Assembly: GCA_964650395.1 (NCBI GenBank)
Contig: CAZYRH010000002.1
Coordinates: 1 to 41,561 of the forward strand
Length of the DNA stretch: 41,561 nt
Reading direction: 5' to 3'
DNA from: an uncultured Ignavibacteriales bacterium
Lineage (GTDB): Bacteria; Zixibacteria; MSB-5A5; GN15; FEB-12
A model generated the notes under the pieces. The model was not told the origin of the DNA and did not search any database. It was given only the letters and a program-made list of their open reading frames with translations. Position numbers and translations under genes: made by a program. Below are positions 1 to 8,088 of this stretch, one piece after another (positions within the stretch are counted from its first letter, which is position 1; each line of letters opens with the position of its first letter).

Positions 1-21
1 ATGACGGCGGTGGGGTTAAGG

Positions 22-291
22 CTAAATGGGTTTGTTTCGCAAAAAAAGTTTTTTTACCGCGCCACTTTTTATTAGCAACAAGTGTTCATGCGCTGTCACG
101 AATCCTTTCGTTACGGCTGCATTGTTGCAGTCAGGAAATCCGCCGGTGGCGGACTGACTGCGCATAATATCGGGTTTCGTCCAACCACTGGCGTCCAGCA
201 GCAGCGGATCGGAAGGCGACCTGCGAGGGCTATAGACAGCAGGCAGATGTGGACATCTGCCGTGCACGGTATCTCCTGCTCTCTTAATCAA
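22..291 (-). CDS. hypothetical small protein (89 aa), weakly supported
   Basis: The TTG start at 289-291 has AAGGAG 6 nt upstream. The ORF lies on the same strand as the 211-aa ORF and 136 nt downstream of it. I see no recognisable motif. It contains a perfect 9+2+9 palindrome at 242-261. The overlapping + strand ORF 82-294 is Arg-rich and no better supported. Confidence 0.25.
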   Translation of the reverse strand: MIKRAGDTVHGRCPHLPAVYSPRRSPSDPLLLDASGWTKPDIMRSQSATGGFPDCNNAAVTKGFVTAHEHLLLIKSGAVKKLFLRNKPI

Positions 292-427
292 TGATATCTC
301 CTTGAGTAGTTATACCTTGTGAGACCAGGATATGATATCGGATAACAACTCTCCAGATAAAAAATCTTTTGAAACAGCCTCGGGATTCCTGACTGCGCTT
401 AAAAGAATAAGGCTCAGAAACGGCAAG

Positions 428-1063
428 TTAGAAGCTATACTCACGATCCTGAATCGCAGCAATTATGTGGGGCAACTCCCCAAGGCCCGCCATGACCTTG
501 GGAACAAGAAACATGTTCGATGGTGCGAGAAATAATCGGAAGTGATTGGCCAACACATCAAAGTGAATCTTTGCAATAGATGAGCGCTGCTTGATGCCAA
601 CCGGGCGCTTGTGGCATACTTTCCAGCCTTCTTTGTTCAAATCGCAAAACGTTGCTCTTGTGCATGTAAACCGAGCACGTTTTCTTTCCTCCCTTTTGAG
701 TACCATAGCCACTGGGATCTTGTCTTGTTTCAGCAAATCTCGGATTTCACCAAGAGAGGGGCATTTCCCCTCCAGCGCGAGGGTCAGGCTCCAGTTGGCT
801 GGAGTATTGTCTGTGGGAACGAGCTTGCGACCTGTTTGATGTGTTACGACGTAGCCACGCCCCGCGCTTGCCTCGATTTTTCGAACTAAAAGAGGTAGGT
901 CATCTGATGCGAGCCATTCCTCAAGAAGCCGATCCCACGCCTTCAGCACATCGTTTTTGACTGTGGGCCGGATATCAGAATCGCGCCAAGCCTCTGCCAA
1001 CCGACAAAGAAGATCGTCAAGCTCTGCAGGTAAGGTAACAGGACATTTTGGAATCGTATCCAT
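428..1063 (-). CDS. hypothetical protein (211 aa), no confident family; possible His-Me/HNH-like signature
   Basis: The ATG at 1061-1063 is preceded by GAAGGTGA. The composition is protein-like throughout. A C-terminal segment (GWKVCHKRPVG...PSNMFLVPKVMAGLGE) loosely resembles the H...N...N spacing of His-Me finger nucleases, which is a suggestion only. The gene is divergent from the DUF4159 gene. Confidence 0.55.
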   Translation of the reverse strand: MDTIPKCPVTLPAELDDLLCRLAEAWRDSDIRPTVKNDVLKAWDRLLEEWLASDDLPLLVRKIEASAGRGYVVTHQTGRKLVPTDNTPANWSLTLALEGKCPSLGEIRDLLKQDKIPVAMVLKREERKRARFTCTRATFCDLNKEGWKVCHKRPVGIKQRSSIAKIHFDVLANHFRLFLAPSNMFLVPKVMAGLGELPHIIAAIQDREYSF

Positions 1064-1207
1064 AGATCACCTTCAAAGTAGGGATTATTTAGGTCTTAAA
1101 TACATATTACAGAACAGCTGCATTGCTTTCAAGCATGAAATAGCAGGTTTACGCTTTTTACGGTTGTTTTTCTGATGAAAACCCAGAGTAATCGTGTATA
1201 TTGAAAC

Positions 1208-1948
1208 ATGGCAAAAAAACCGCTAATCACCTTTATCTTGTCTAAGACATTCTTGGCGATACTGTTTCTAACCGCACATGCCCAGATGGACCACCAGAGG
1301 CAGTTGCCTGATCTCCGCGGTCGCCAGCAGGCAGAAGCCGTCAATCCGAATCCGTCGGCCGTGAAGGTGGCAAGGCTGCACTACTCCGGGGGGGGAGACT
1401 GGTACTGGGGCGGGTCGGCGGTGCCGAATCTGCTTAAGTTTGTGCGGGACAACACCGATTTTGCGGTGGACACGATAGAGCGAGTGGTCACTATCATGGA
1501 TCCGGAGCTGTTTAAGTACCCATTCCTGTTTGCCACCGGCCACGGCGTGATACGTTTTTCCACCGAAGAGAAAGAGCGGCTCCGACAGTATCTGGCGGGC
1601 GGGGGGTTTTTGTTTGTCAACGACTCCTACGGTGTGGACCGCACCTTCCGCAAGGAAATGGCTGAGATTTTCCCGGAGCGGGAGGTGGTGGAGGTGCCCT
1701 ATGACCACCCGATTTACCACTGCTTCTACGACTTCCCCAATGGCCCGCCGAAAATCCACGAGCATGACAAAAAGCCGCCGCGGGGGTACGCCATCATTCT
1801 GAACGGCCGGGTCGTATTATATTTTCTGGTCGAGTCGGATATCGGCGACGGCTGGGAAGACCCCCAGGTGCATAACGACCCACCGGAAAAAAGATTGGAG
1901 GCTCTCAAAATGGGCGTAAACATTTTGGCTTACGCTCTGTTATATTAG
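1208..1948 (+). CDS. DUF4159 domain-containing secreted protein
   Basis: There is an N-terminal signal peptide (LAILFLTAHAQ). Characteristic DUF4159 motifs are present: ARLHYSGGGDWYWG, KYPFLFATGHG and LRQYLAGGGFLFVNDSYG. Confidence 0.85.
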   Translation: MAKKPLITFILSKTFLAILFLTAHAQMDHQRQLPDLRGRQQAEAVNPNPSAVKVARLHYSGGGDWYWGGSAVPNLLKFVRDNTDFAVDTIERVVTIMDPELFKYPFLFATGHGVIRFSTEEKERLRQYLAGGGFLFVNDSYGVDRTFRKEMAEIFPEREVVEVPYDHPIYHCFYDFPNGPPKIHEHDKKPPRGYAIILNGRVVLYFLVESDIGDGWEDPQVHNDPPEKRLEALKMGVNILAYALLY

Positions 1949-1956
1949 TATAAGTT

Positions 1957-2124
1957 ATGACTGGATTCCTGCTTTCGGGTGTGTTGAAAAACATAGAAAG
2001 TGTCATAGCGAGGAGCGAAGCGACGTGGCTATCTCGTTGTCATTCAATAGTTGAGATTGCTTCGCTGCCGCTCGCAATGACGAGAACGGGACTTTTTCAA
2101 CAAGCCCTTTCGCAGGAATGACAG
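1957..2124. repeat. nested imperfect palindromic element (REP/MITE-like), about 168 bp
   Basis: The outer arms are 1957-1992 and 2089-2124, pairing as GTTGAAAAA/TTTTTCAAC and ATTCCTGC/GCAGGAAT. The inner arms are 2002-2035 (GTCATAGCGAGGAGCGAAGCGACGTGGCTATCTC) and 2053-2081 (GAGATTGCTTCGCTGCCGCTCGCAATGAC). Confidence 0.6.
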
Positions 2125-2165
2125 CGGCAGGCAGATGAGGAGAAGCTGTCCCATAAGGTTTGTAA

Positions 2166-2286
2166 GTGTTGCTCAGGACACGTGAGAAGTCATGGTGAGC
2201 GGAGTCGAACCATGATTAAATCCTTGCCACATAGTCGCTATCCTTCGACTCCGCTCAGGACGACGGTCTTCGTTGCCTTGAGCAAC
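2166..2286. repeat. second nested palindromic element, about 120 bp
   Basis: The outer arms are GTTGCTCAGG (2168-2177) and CCTTGAGCAAC (2276-2286). The inner arms are GTGAGCGGAGTCGAA (2195-2209) and TTCGACTCCGCTCAG (2245-2259), complementary at 14 of 15 positions. Confidence 0.6.
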
Positions 2287-2417
2287 TTGATTTTGAGACG
2301 ATCTTTGGACATCTGCCGCTCACAGTAAGCTGGCAAAGATACTTCCCTTTTTTCGCTGGCGGTCGATACAAAGTAAGAAACGCTGCTGTTTACGGACAAG
2401 TTGTTGAGATAAAGGCT

Positions 2418-5400
2418 ATGGTGGAAATAAGTTCCAGTTCAGCGCTCTTTAAGAAACTCAGGCAAATTGTTCTCAAGCAACGAGTAGTTCTCTTCGCGGC
2501 GGGGCTGCTAACGAGCGCCACTGTGGTTGTTTTGACCGCAATTGCCCTCTCGTTTCTGGCCAATGTCCTGATCTTGCCCATCTGGTTAAAAATGACCCTC
2601 TTGTCTCTGGCGGGCATGGTGTCGGTCATCTTCTTCGGGAAGTATGCCGTGGGGCGTCTGCTTAGCGGCAGCATCGAAGATGTGGCGATTCGCCTTGAGA
2701 CCAAATATCCCAATCTTAAAGGCCGCTTGATCGCCGCCATCCAGTTTGCCCGGATGAAAAAGACGCCTGGCTATTCGGCTGAGCTGATGGCTTTGACGAA
2801 AGAACAGGCGCTTGAAAAAGCCGGTTTGGTCAACTTCAATGAAGTCCTGATGTTTCACCCATTGTTGAAAACCGGTCGTTTATTTGCTCTTGCTGGAGTG
2901 TTGGCTGTGGCTTTTGTAGTCATAATGCCTGGAGTGTTTAACTATTCGTATGAGGTTTACTCTCATCCGACCACTGAAATTGCTCCGCCGCTCGGTTACA
3001 AGGTAGTGCCGATCCCGGGTTCGACCGAGTGGGTCAAATATCGTGACATCAAGATCGGTGCGGCGATTTTTGGAGACAGGCTCCCAAAGAAGGCAACGAT
3101 CTATCATCGTCTGGTCGGTGGGAACTGGCAGAGATCGAAGATCGATTTGAGAACGAAAAAAAGTGTCGCCACTGAAAACGGAGACTCTGTTGCTTTCGCT
3201 GTTACCTTGAGGCAGATTAACAGGTCGTTCGATTATTATGTCCAAGCCGGTCGGGTCAAGACGGACATTCAGAAAATCGACGTCGTTGACCGACCGCGGG
3301 TGACCGGTATCAAGCTGTCGGTCTTCTACCCTGACTACACTGACCTGCCTCCGACCGTCATTGATGAAAACAACGGCTCTTTTTCGGCTCTAGCTGGTAG
3401 CCGGGTGAACATGGCAGTTGAGACAAACCTGCCGGTTCAGCAGGCGGAGTTGGTGTTTGTAGACACGAGCCATACGCCTCTGAAGGTGTCGGGCAAAACT
3501 GCAGAGACCAGCTTGCTGGTTGAGAAATCGCAGTCCTACTATATTCGCCTGGTTGACCATCTTGGAGAAGAGAACCCCGATCCAATTGAATACTACATCA
3601 CTGCAATCCCTGACGAGTACCCCTCCATTGACGTCCTTCGCCCCGGCTACGATGTCAATCTTAACGATGAAATGTCGCTGCCGCTGAAGGTGCGTATTTA
3701 TGACGACTACGGATTCTCCTCGCTGGTACTGAAGTATAGCGTGGTGTCACACGGCAAGCAATCCGAAGAACATGTAGCGGTGCTTCACTTTTCTGACCGG
3801 ATCAAGACGGAAGGGGATATCGAGTTCAACTGGGATATGGACCAGCTTCACCTGTATCCCGGCGACTATGTTCTCTATCACTTCGAGGTAGCTGATAACG
3901 ACCGAATCTCCGGCCCCAAGATCAGCCGCTCCCGGCAGTATGTGGCACGGTTGCCCTCGCTTGATGAGATCATCGCTCAAACTGAAGCGGAAGGTACTCA
4001 GCGGATCACTCGCACCGAGGAGTTATATCGGCAGGGGAAAGAACTGGCCGAGAGGATGAGAAACGTTGTCCGCAAAATTGAGGCTCAGAGCAAACAGGCC
4101 CGCCGGGCTGATGAATGGCAGCATCAGAAGGAACTGGAGTCAATCGCTGACAAAAACAGTGAGATAGTCGATCAGCTCGAGAAGATGGCGCAGCAGATGG
4201 AACAGTCTGTAGACAAGCTCAAAGACAACGCCCTGCTAAGCCGAGAAATCCTGGAAAGGCTGGCGCAAATTCAGAAGCTGTTTGAAGAGGTGGCCACCCA
4301 GGAAATGAAAGAAGCCCAGCGGAGATTGATGGAAGCGCTTCAAAAGATGGACCCCTCCGAACTTAAGAAGGCCATGAATGATTTTCAGTTGTCCCAGGAG
4401 GAACTTCTGCAGAGGCTTGAACGCACCCTGGCTCTTTTGAAAAGGCTACAGCTTGAACAAAAGATGGAGGCAATGGTTCGCCAAGCCGAACAACTGGTCG
4501 AAGCTCAGCAAGGGATGAATCAAAAGACCGAATCATCCCGCAAGGAGTCACTTCCACCTCTGGCGGAATCGGAAGACGAGCTTCGCTCGTCGCTAAAGGA
4601 ATTGAAGCAGGAAACGGGCAATCTTAAGGACCTGGCGAGAGAAGCCAAAATGGAAGCCTCGCCGGAAGTTCTAAAATTCACTGAAGCAATCGAAAAAACC
4701 AATGCCGAGCAGAATATGGGGGATATGTCCCAGGCACTTTCAGCTAAGCAGAAAAACGCAGCATCGAAGGAAGGGAAATCCGCTCTCTCCAAGCTGTCGG
4801 AGATGCTGGATGCGATGCAGCAGCAGCTTCTGGCGCTTAAGGGATGCGATCAGGACGAAATCCAGAAAGCCATGCGGATGGTTCTTGATGACGCCAACTA
4901 CCTGTCTCGTAAGCAGGAGAATCTCGAGAGGCAAACGGCTGTTGTCGACCCGCATTCAATTGTTTTACGCGATCTGGCCGCCGCTCAGCAGGATCTGGTC
5001 AGCTCCTGCAGTGGTTTGAAGAACAGGATTTCTGAGCTTGGCAAAAAGTCGCCTTTTATCGCATCTGAGCTTCAGATGCTGGTGAGCGGCGCTATCCATA
5101 ATATGGAACTGGCCACCGAAGGGCTTGATATTGAAAAAGGCACCATAGCGATGCGTAACCAGCGCGAGGCAATGGTGAAATTGAATGAGGCTTCGATTCG
5201 TTTGATGGAATCGCTCAACCAGCAGAAGCAATGTAATAAGGGCGGTAACTGTAACAAAAATATCTCGAAGCTTGAATCACTATGCAACAAGCAGAATCAA
5301 TTGAACCAGCAAACCAGGCAGTGCAACAACCCGAGTTTGAATTTTGACGGTAGTCAGCTACCGTTTCGACAGAGGCTTCAGAAGCTGGCCGGTGAGCAGG

Positions 5401-5846
5401 GCTCGATACGAAAGTCCCTTAAGGAGCTCAACGCAGAATTCGGCGACTCGCGTCAGATACTGGGGCGTCTTGACGATATCGCCAGAGAAATGATACAGGC
5501 CGAGGAGGATCTCGCTAACGGTGAAATCGGGGAACAGACTATCCAGCGACAGCTTAGGATCTATTCTCGTATGTTGCAGGCTTCCCGATCGTTGCAACGA
5601 AAAGATTTATCTCAGCAGCGCCGGGCCACTACCGCGACCGAGCAGCCATATCACGTCCCGCTGGCGCTTCCGGCTGATATCTTTAATGACCGAACCAGCT
5701 TTGAGGATAAACTCCACCGTTTTCTCGGCGACAATTACCCCCCCCAGTATGAAGAGCAGATCAAAGCTTATTTCAAGGTGCTCCTTCAGGCTGAATCAGT
5801 TATCAACGACCTTCACCGACAAAAAGAACTGAGCCCGCAAAAATGA
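2418..5846 (+). CDS. large membrane-anchored coiled-coil protein, DUF4175-like (family call tentative)
   Basis: This is an 1142-aa uninterrupted ORF. It has N-terminal hydrophobic helices (LFAAGLLTSATVVVLTAIALSFLANVLILPIWL) and a beta-rich middle part. A long Q/E/K-rich coiled-coil region follows. The C-terminus (YPPQYEEQIKAYFKVL) is typical of the family. Its stop overlaps the next start as ATGA at 5843-5846. Confidence 0.75.
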   Translation: MVEISSSSALFKKLRQIVLKQRVVLFAAGLLTSATVVVLTAIALSFLANVLILPIWLKMTLLSLAGMVSVIFFGKYAVGRLLSGSIEDVAIRLETKYPNLKGRLIAAIQFARMKKTPGYSAELMALTKEQALEKAGLVNFNEVLMFHPLLKTGRLFALAGVLAVAFVVIMPGVFNYSYEVYSHPTTEIAPPLGYKVVPIPGSTEWVKYRDIKIGAAIFGDRLPKKATIYHRLVGGNWQRSKIDLRTKKSVATENGDSVAFAVTLRQINRSFDYYVQAGRVKTDIQKIDVVDRPRVTGIKLSVFYPDYTDLPPTVIDENNGSFSALAGSRVNMAVETNLPVQQAELVFVDTSHTPLKVSGKTAETSLLVEKSQSYYIRLVDHLGEENPDPIEYYITAIPDEYPSIDVLRPGYDVNLNDEMSLPLKVRIYDDYGFSSLVLKYSVVSHGKQSEEHVAVLHFSDRIKTEGDIEFNWDMDQLHLYPGDYVLYHFEVADNDRISGPKISRSRQYVARLPSLDEIIAQTEAEGTQRITRTEELYRQGKELAERMRNVVRKIEAQSKQARRADEWQHQKELESIADKNSEIVDQLEKMAQQMEQSVDKLKDNALLSREILERLAQIQKLFEEVATQEMKEAQRRLMEALQKMDPSELKKAMNDFQLSQEELLQRLERTLALLKRLQLEQKMEAMVRQAEQLVEAQQGMNQKTESSRKESLPPLAESEDELRSSLKELKQETGNLKDLAREAKMEASPEVLKFTEAIEKTNAEQNMGDMSQALSAKQKNAASKEGKSALSKLSEMLDAMQQQLLALKGCDQDEIQKAMRMVLDDANYLSRKQENLERQTAVVDPHSIVLRDLAAAQQDLVSSCSGLKNRISELGKKSPFIASELQMLVSGAIHNMELATEGLDIEKGTIAMRNQREAMVKLNEASIRLMESLNQQKQCNKGGNCNKNISKLESLCNKQNQLNQQTRQCNNPSLNFDGSQLPFRQRLQKLAGEQGSIRKSLKELNAEFGDSRQILGRLDDIAREMIQAEEDLANGEIGEQTIQRQLRIYSRMLQASRSLQRKDLSQQRRATTATEQPYHVPLALPADIFNDRTSFEDKLHRFLGDNYPPQYEEQIKAYFKVLLQAESVINDLHRQKELSPQK

Positions 5847-7681
5847 CGCATTCATCGGCTCTATTAGTGATGTTGAGTGTGCTTGTCTTGAGTATGCCCG
5901 TAGGGTTGGCGGAGACAGCCCAGAAACCTAAAGAACCCAACCTCCAACTGTTGGTGGCAAATCCAGGAGGCGAGGTAGATCAGAAAATACGTCTTGCCCG
6001 CAAGCTGATCCGAGAAAAGAACTACCAGGCGGCTTCAGCTCTTCTGGAAACAGTATACGAACAGGAAAAGGATAAGCCGGTTGTTCTGAATTTGCTTCTC
6101 GATTGCTACAATTACCTGGGCTACTTCGTCAAGTCGGAAATGCTCACCCGGCATCTTGTCGAAAGCTTCCCAAAAAACTATTCTTGCCGAGTCAGACTTG
6201 CCGAGGTTCTGGCAAGGCAGGGGAAAATTGGTGAAGCTAAAGCGGCGTACGATAAGACCATCTCCCTGCTCCCAGACGTAGGTCTTGGGGCCTACCAGAT
6301 TGTTCTCAGAAGTATGGTTAGTCATAGCTTCGATAGTCTCGCATTGGACCTGATTGATACAGTTCGGGAAAGGTCCGCGGACACCTCCCTTTTTGCTCTC
6401 GAACGAGGGAAAATACTGGAAGAGCGTGAAGAGTATCGTCCGGCCGCCTTGGAATTCTTTGCGCTGCTGAATGACACCGGCAGAGTGGCCAGCGAAGCTG
6501 AAAAAAGGCTACTTGCGCTTCTTGACTACCCGCAATCATCTGCCGAGGTTGAAAAGACCCTCCTGGAACAGGTCACCAAGACAGTCAACTTTCGCGTCGC
6601 CAAGATACTGTCATCCTTTTATCTGAAAGCCGGACAATTTGAGCGAGCCTTTGATTTCGCAGTGTTACAAGATTCGCTGGGGGGTCAGACGGGCAATTCG
6701 TTGATGTTTTTCATGCGCAGTTGCAGGGAGCGAAAGCTATACAACCAACTGACACGAATGGCTGAGTACATCCTCAGCCGGTACCGCAACCGGCCTGTCA
6801 TAGGGGACACGTATTTTCTCTATGCCGACGCTTTGGTCCAATTGGGACGATTCGATGAGGCTATTGCGACCTACGATAGCATCGTGGCGGTATTTCCTCG
6901 TCCCCGAGACAAAGCCGACGCGCTGTTTCAGATTGGTAACATCTATTTGAATAACCTGAATGATTGTTCCCGCGCTTTAACCGTCTTTGATTCAGTGGTC
7001 ACTCATTATCGAGCCGGGAGAGGCTATCTTAACGCCAAGTTGGCAAGACCGTATTGCTACCTGCACGAGGGCCGGCTCGATAAAGCCAGGGCTGGCTTTG
7101 AGAATATCTTGAACAGCCGGCTTAACGAAGACATGAAAGAAGAAGTTGAGTACAAACTGGCTCTTATTTTCTTTTTTGACAGGGAGTTTGATTCGAGCCG
7201 GGTCGCTCTGCGCAAGTTGATGGTTGACTACCCTCGTGGGTTTTACGTCAATGACGCTTTGCAGTTGTTAGTCTTACTGGGAGAAGCAGATGGGGCGTCA
7301 AGTCTTCTGAACGATTTTTCATATGCCCTCTTGTTTGAGCAGATGCGCTTGCCCGACTCAACAACCGCCAGACTGCTTCTCATTGCCCAGGATCCGAACC
7401 AGGCGCTTGCTGACGTTGCTCTGTATAAGCTTGCCACGCTCAGTGTAGATCGTTCTGACTCCGCCAAGGCCATCGAATATATCGACCGGTTGGCTGCAAA
7501 ATTTCCCGAATCGTATTACCTGCCCTACGGGTTGAAAACAAAAGCAGATATCTATGTTGCCAGGCTTGATGGGGTAGAACAGGCAAAGTCCATTTATCGT
7601 TACCTCTTAGAGAAGTACCCGAATTACCCTTTTACATCTGAGGTGCGCAAGAAGATGCGTCAACTGGAGGGAGAGGCATAG
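5843..7681 (+). CDS. secreted tetratricopeptide-repeat protein
   Basis: The start is translationally coupled to the upstream gene through an ATGA overlap. There is a signal peptide (LLVMLSVLVLSMPVGLA). TPR-like A/Y/L-periodic helices repeat along all 612 aa. Confidence 0.85.
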   Translation: MTHSSALLVMLSVLVLSMPVGLAETAQKPKEPNLQLLVANPGGEVDQKIRLARKLIREKNYQAASALLETVYEQEKDKPVVLNLLLDCYNYLGYFVKSEMLTRHLVESFPKNYSCRVRLAEVLARQGKIGEAKAAYDKTISLLPDVGLGAYQIVLRSMVSHSFDSLALDLIDTVRERSADTSLFALERGKILEEREEYRPAALEFFALLNDTGRVASEAEKRLLALLDYPQSSAEVEKTLLEQVTKTVNFRVAKILSSFYLKAGQFERAFDFAVLQDSLGGQTGNSLMFFMRSCRERKLYNQLTRMAEYILSRYRNRPVIGDTYFLYADALVQLGRFDEAIATYDSIVAVFPRPRDKADALFQIGNIYLNNLNDCSRALTVFDSVVTHYRAGRGYLNAKLARPYCYLHEGRLDKARAGFENILNSRLNEDMKEEVEYKLALIFFFDREFDSSRVALRKLMVDYPRGFYVNDALQLLVLLGEADGASSLLNDFSYALLFEQMRLPDSTTARLLLIAQDPNQALADVALYKLATLSVDRSDSAKAIEYIDRLAAKFPESYYLPYGLKTKADIYVARLDGVEQAKSIYRYLLEKYPNYPFTSEVRKKMRQLEGEA

Positions 7682-7684
7682 AGC

Positions 7685-7933
7685 CTACGGAACTTCCAAT
7701 TTCTTCTTGCCCTCTCTGAGGGTCCTGACCTGTTGCTCAAGGTTGAAAATACGGTTTTCGTAATGTTCGGTCTTTTTGGCCTTCATCTTGGTAGTCGTTC
7801 TGATCAAAAGGCCAAGCGAGATCAACATAAACAAAACCGAGTTTACCTGCCGGAAGATACCCCCCATGTTAAAAAGAGAATCAAGAAAAGCCATGATTCC
7901 CAGAAAGAAAAGGACGCTACACCAGATAAACAT
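7685..7933 (-). CDS. small membrane protein (82 aa; two TM helices plus a charged coiled tail)
   Basis: A strong RBS (CAGGAGGAAAAA) lies immediately upstream of the ATG at 7931-7933. There are two hydrophobic segments, followed by KMKAKKTEHYENRIFNLEQQVRTLREGKKK. The gene is convergent with the TPR gene. Confidence 0.65.
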   Translation of the reverse strand: MFIWCSVLFFLGIMAFLDSLFNMGGIFRQVNSVLFMLISLGLLIRTTTKMKAKKTEHYENRIFNLEQQVRTLREGKKKLEVP

Positions 7934-8088
7934 TTTTTCCTCCTGTCAATTTGATCGATTCGGCCAAAGCCGAGTAAAATTATTGGTTGTGCTTTATGTA
8001 CGTGATGTTATATACTCACCTTTGTCATTCATAGTGAATCTTGTATGATAATTATCGGCGTGGCCGATTGTGGCTTTAGGAGAAGAAC

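Noticed and set aside
1268-1765. 165-aa minus-strand ORF
   Set aside because: It lies fully inside and antisense to the DUF4159 gene. It has no RBS and no recognisable motifs.
3943-3958. TGGCACGGTTGC inside the DUF4175-like gene as a sigma-54 promoter
   Set aside because: The -24 and -12 boxes are 3 nt too close, and the site is intragenic.
3960-5600. Q/E/K-rich coiled-coil region as a nucleotide-level tandem repeat
   Set aside because: The repetitiveness is compositional at the protein level. I could not find a repeating nucleotide unit.
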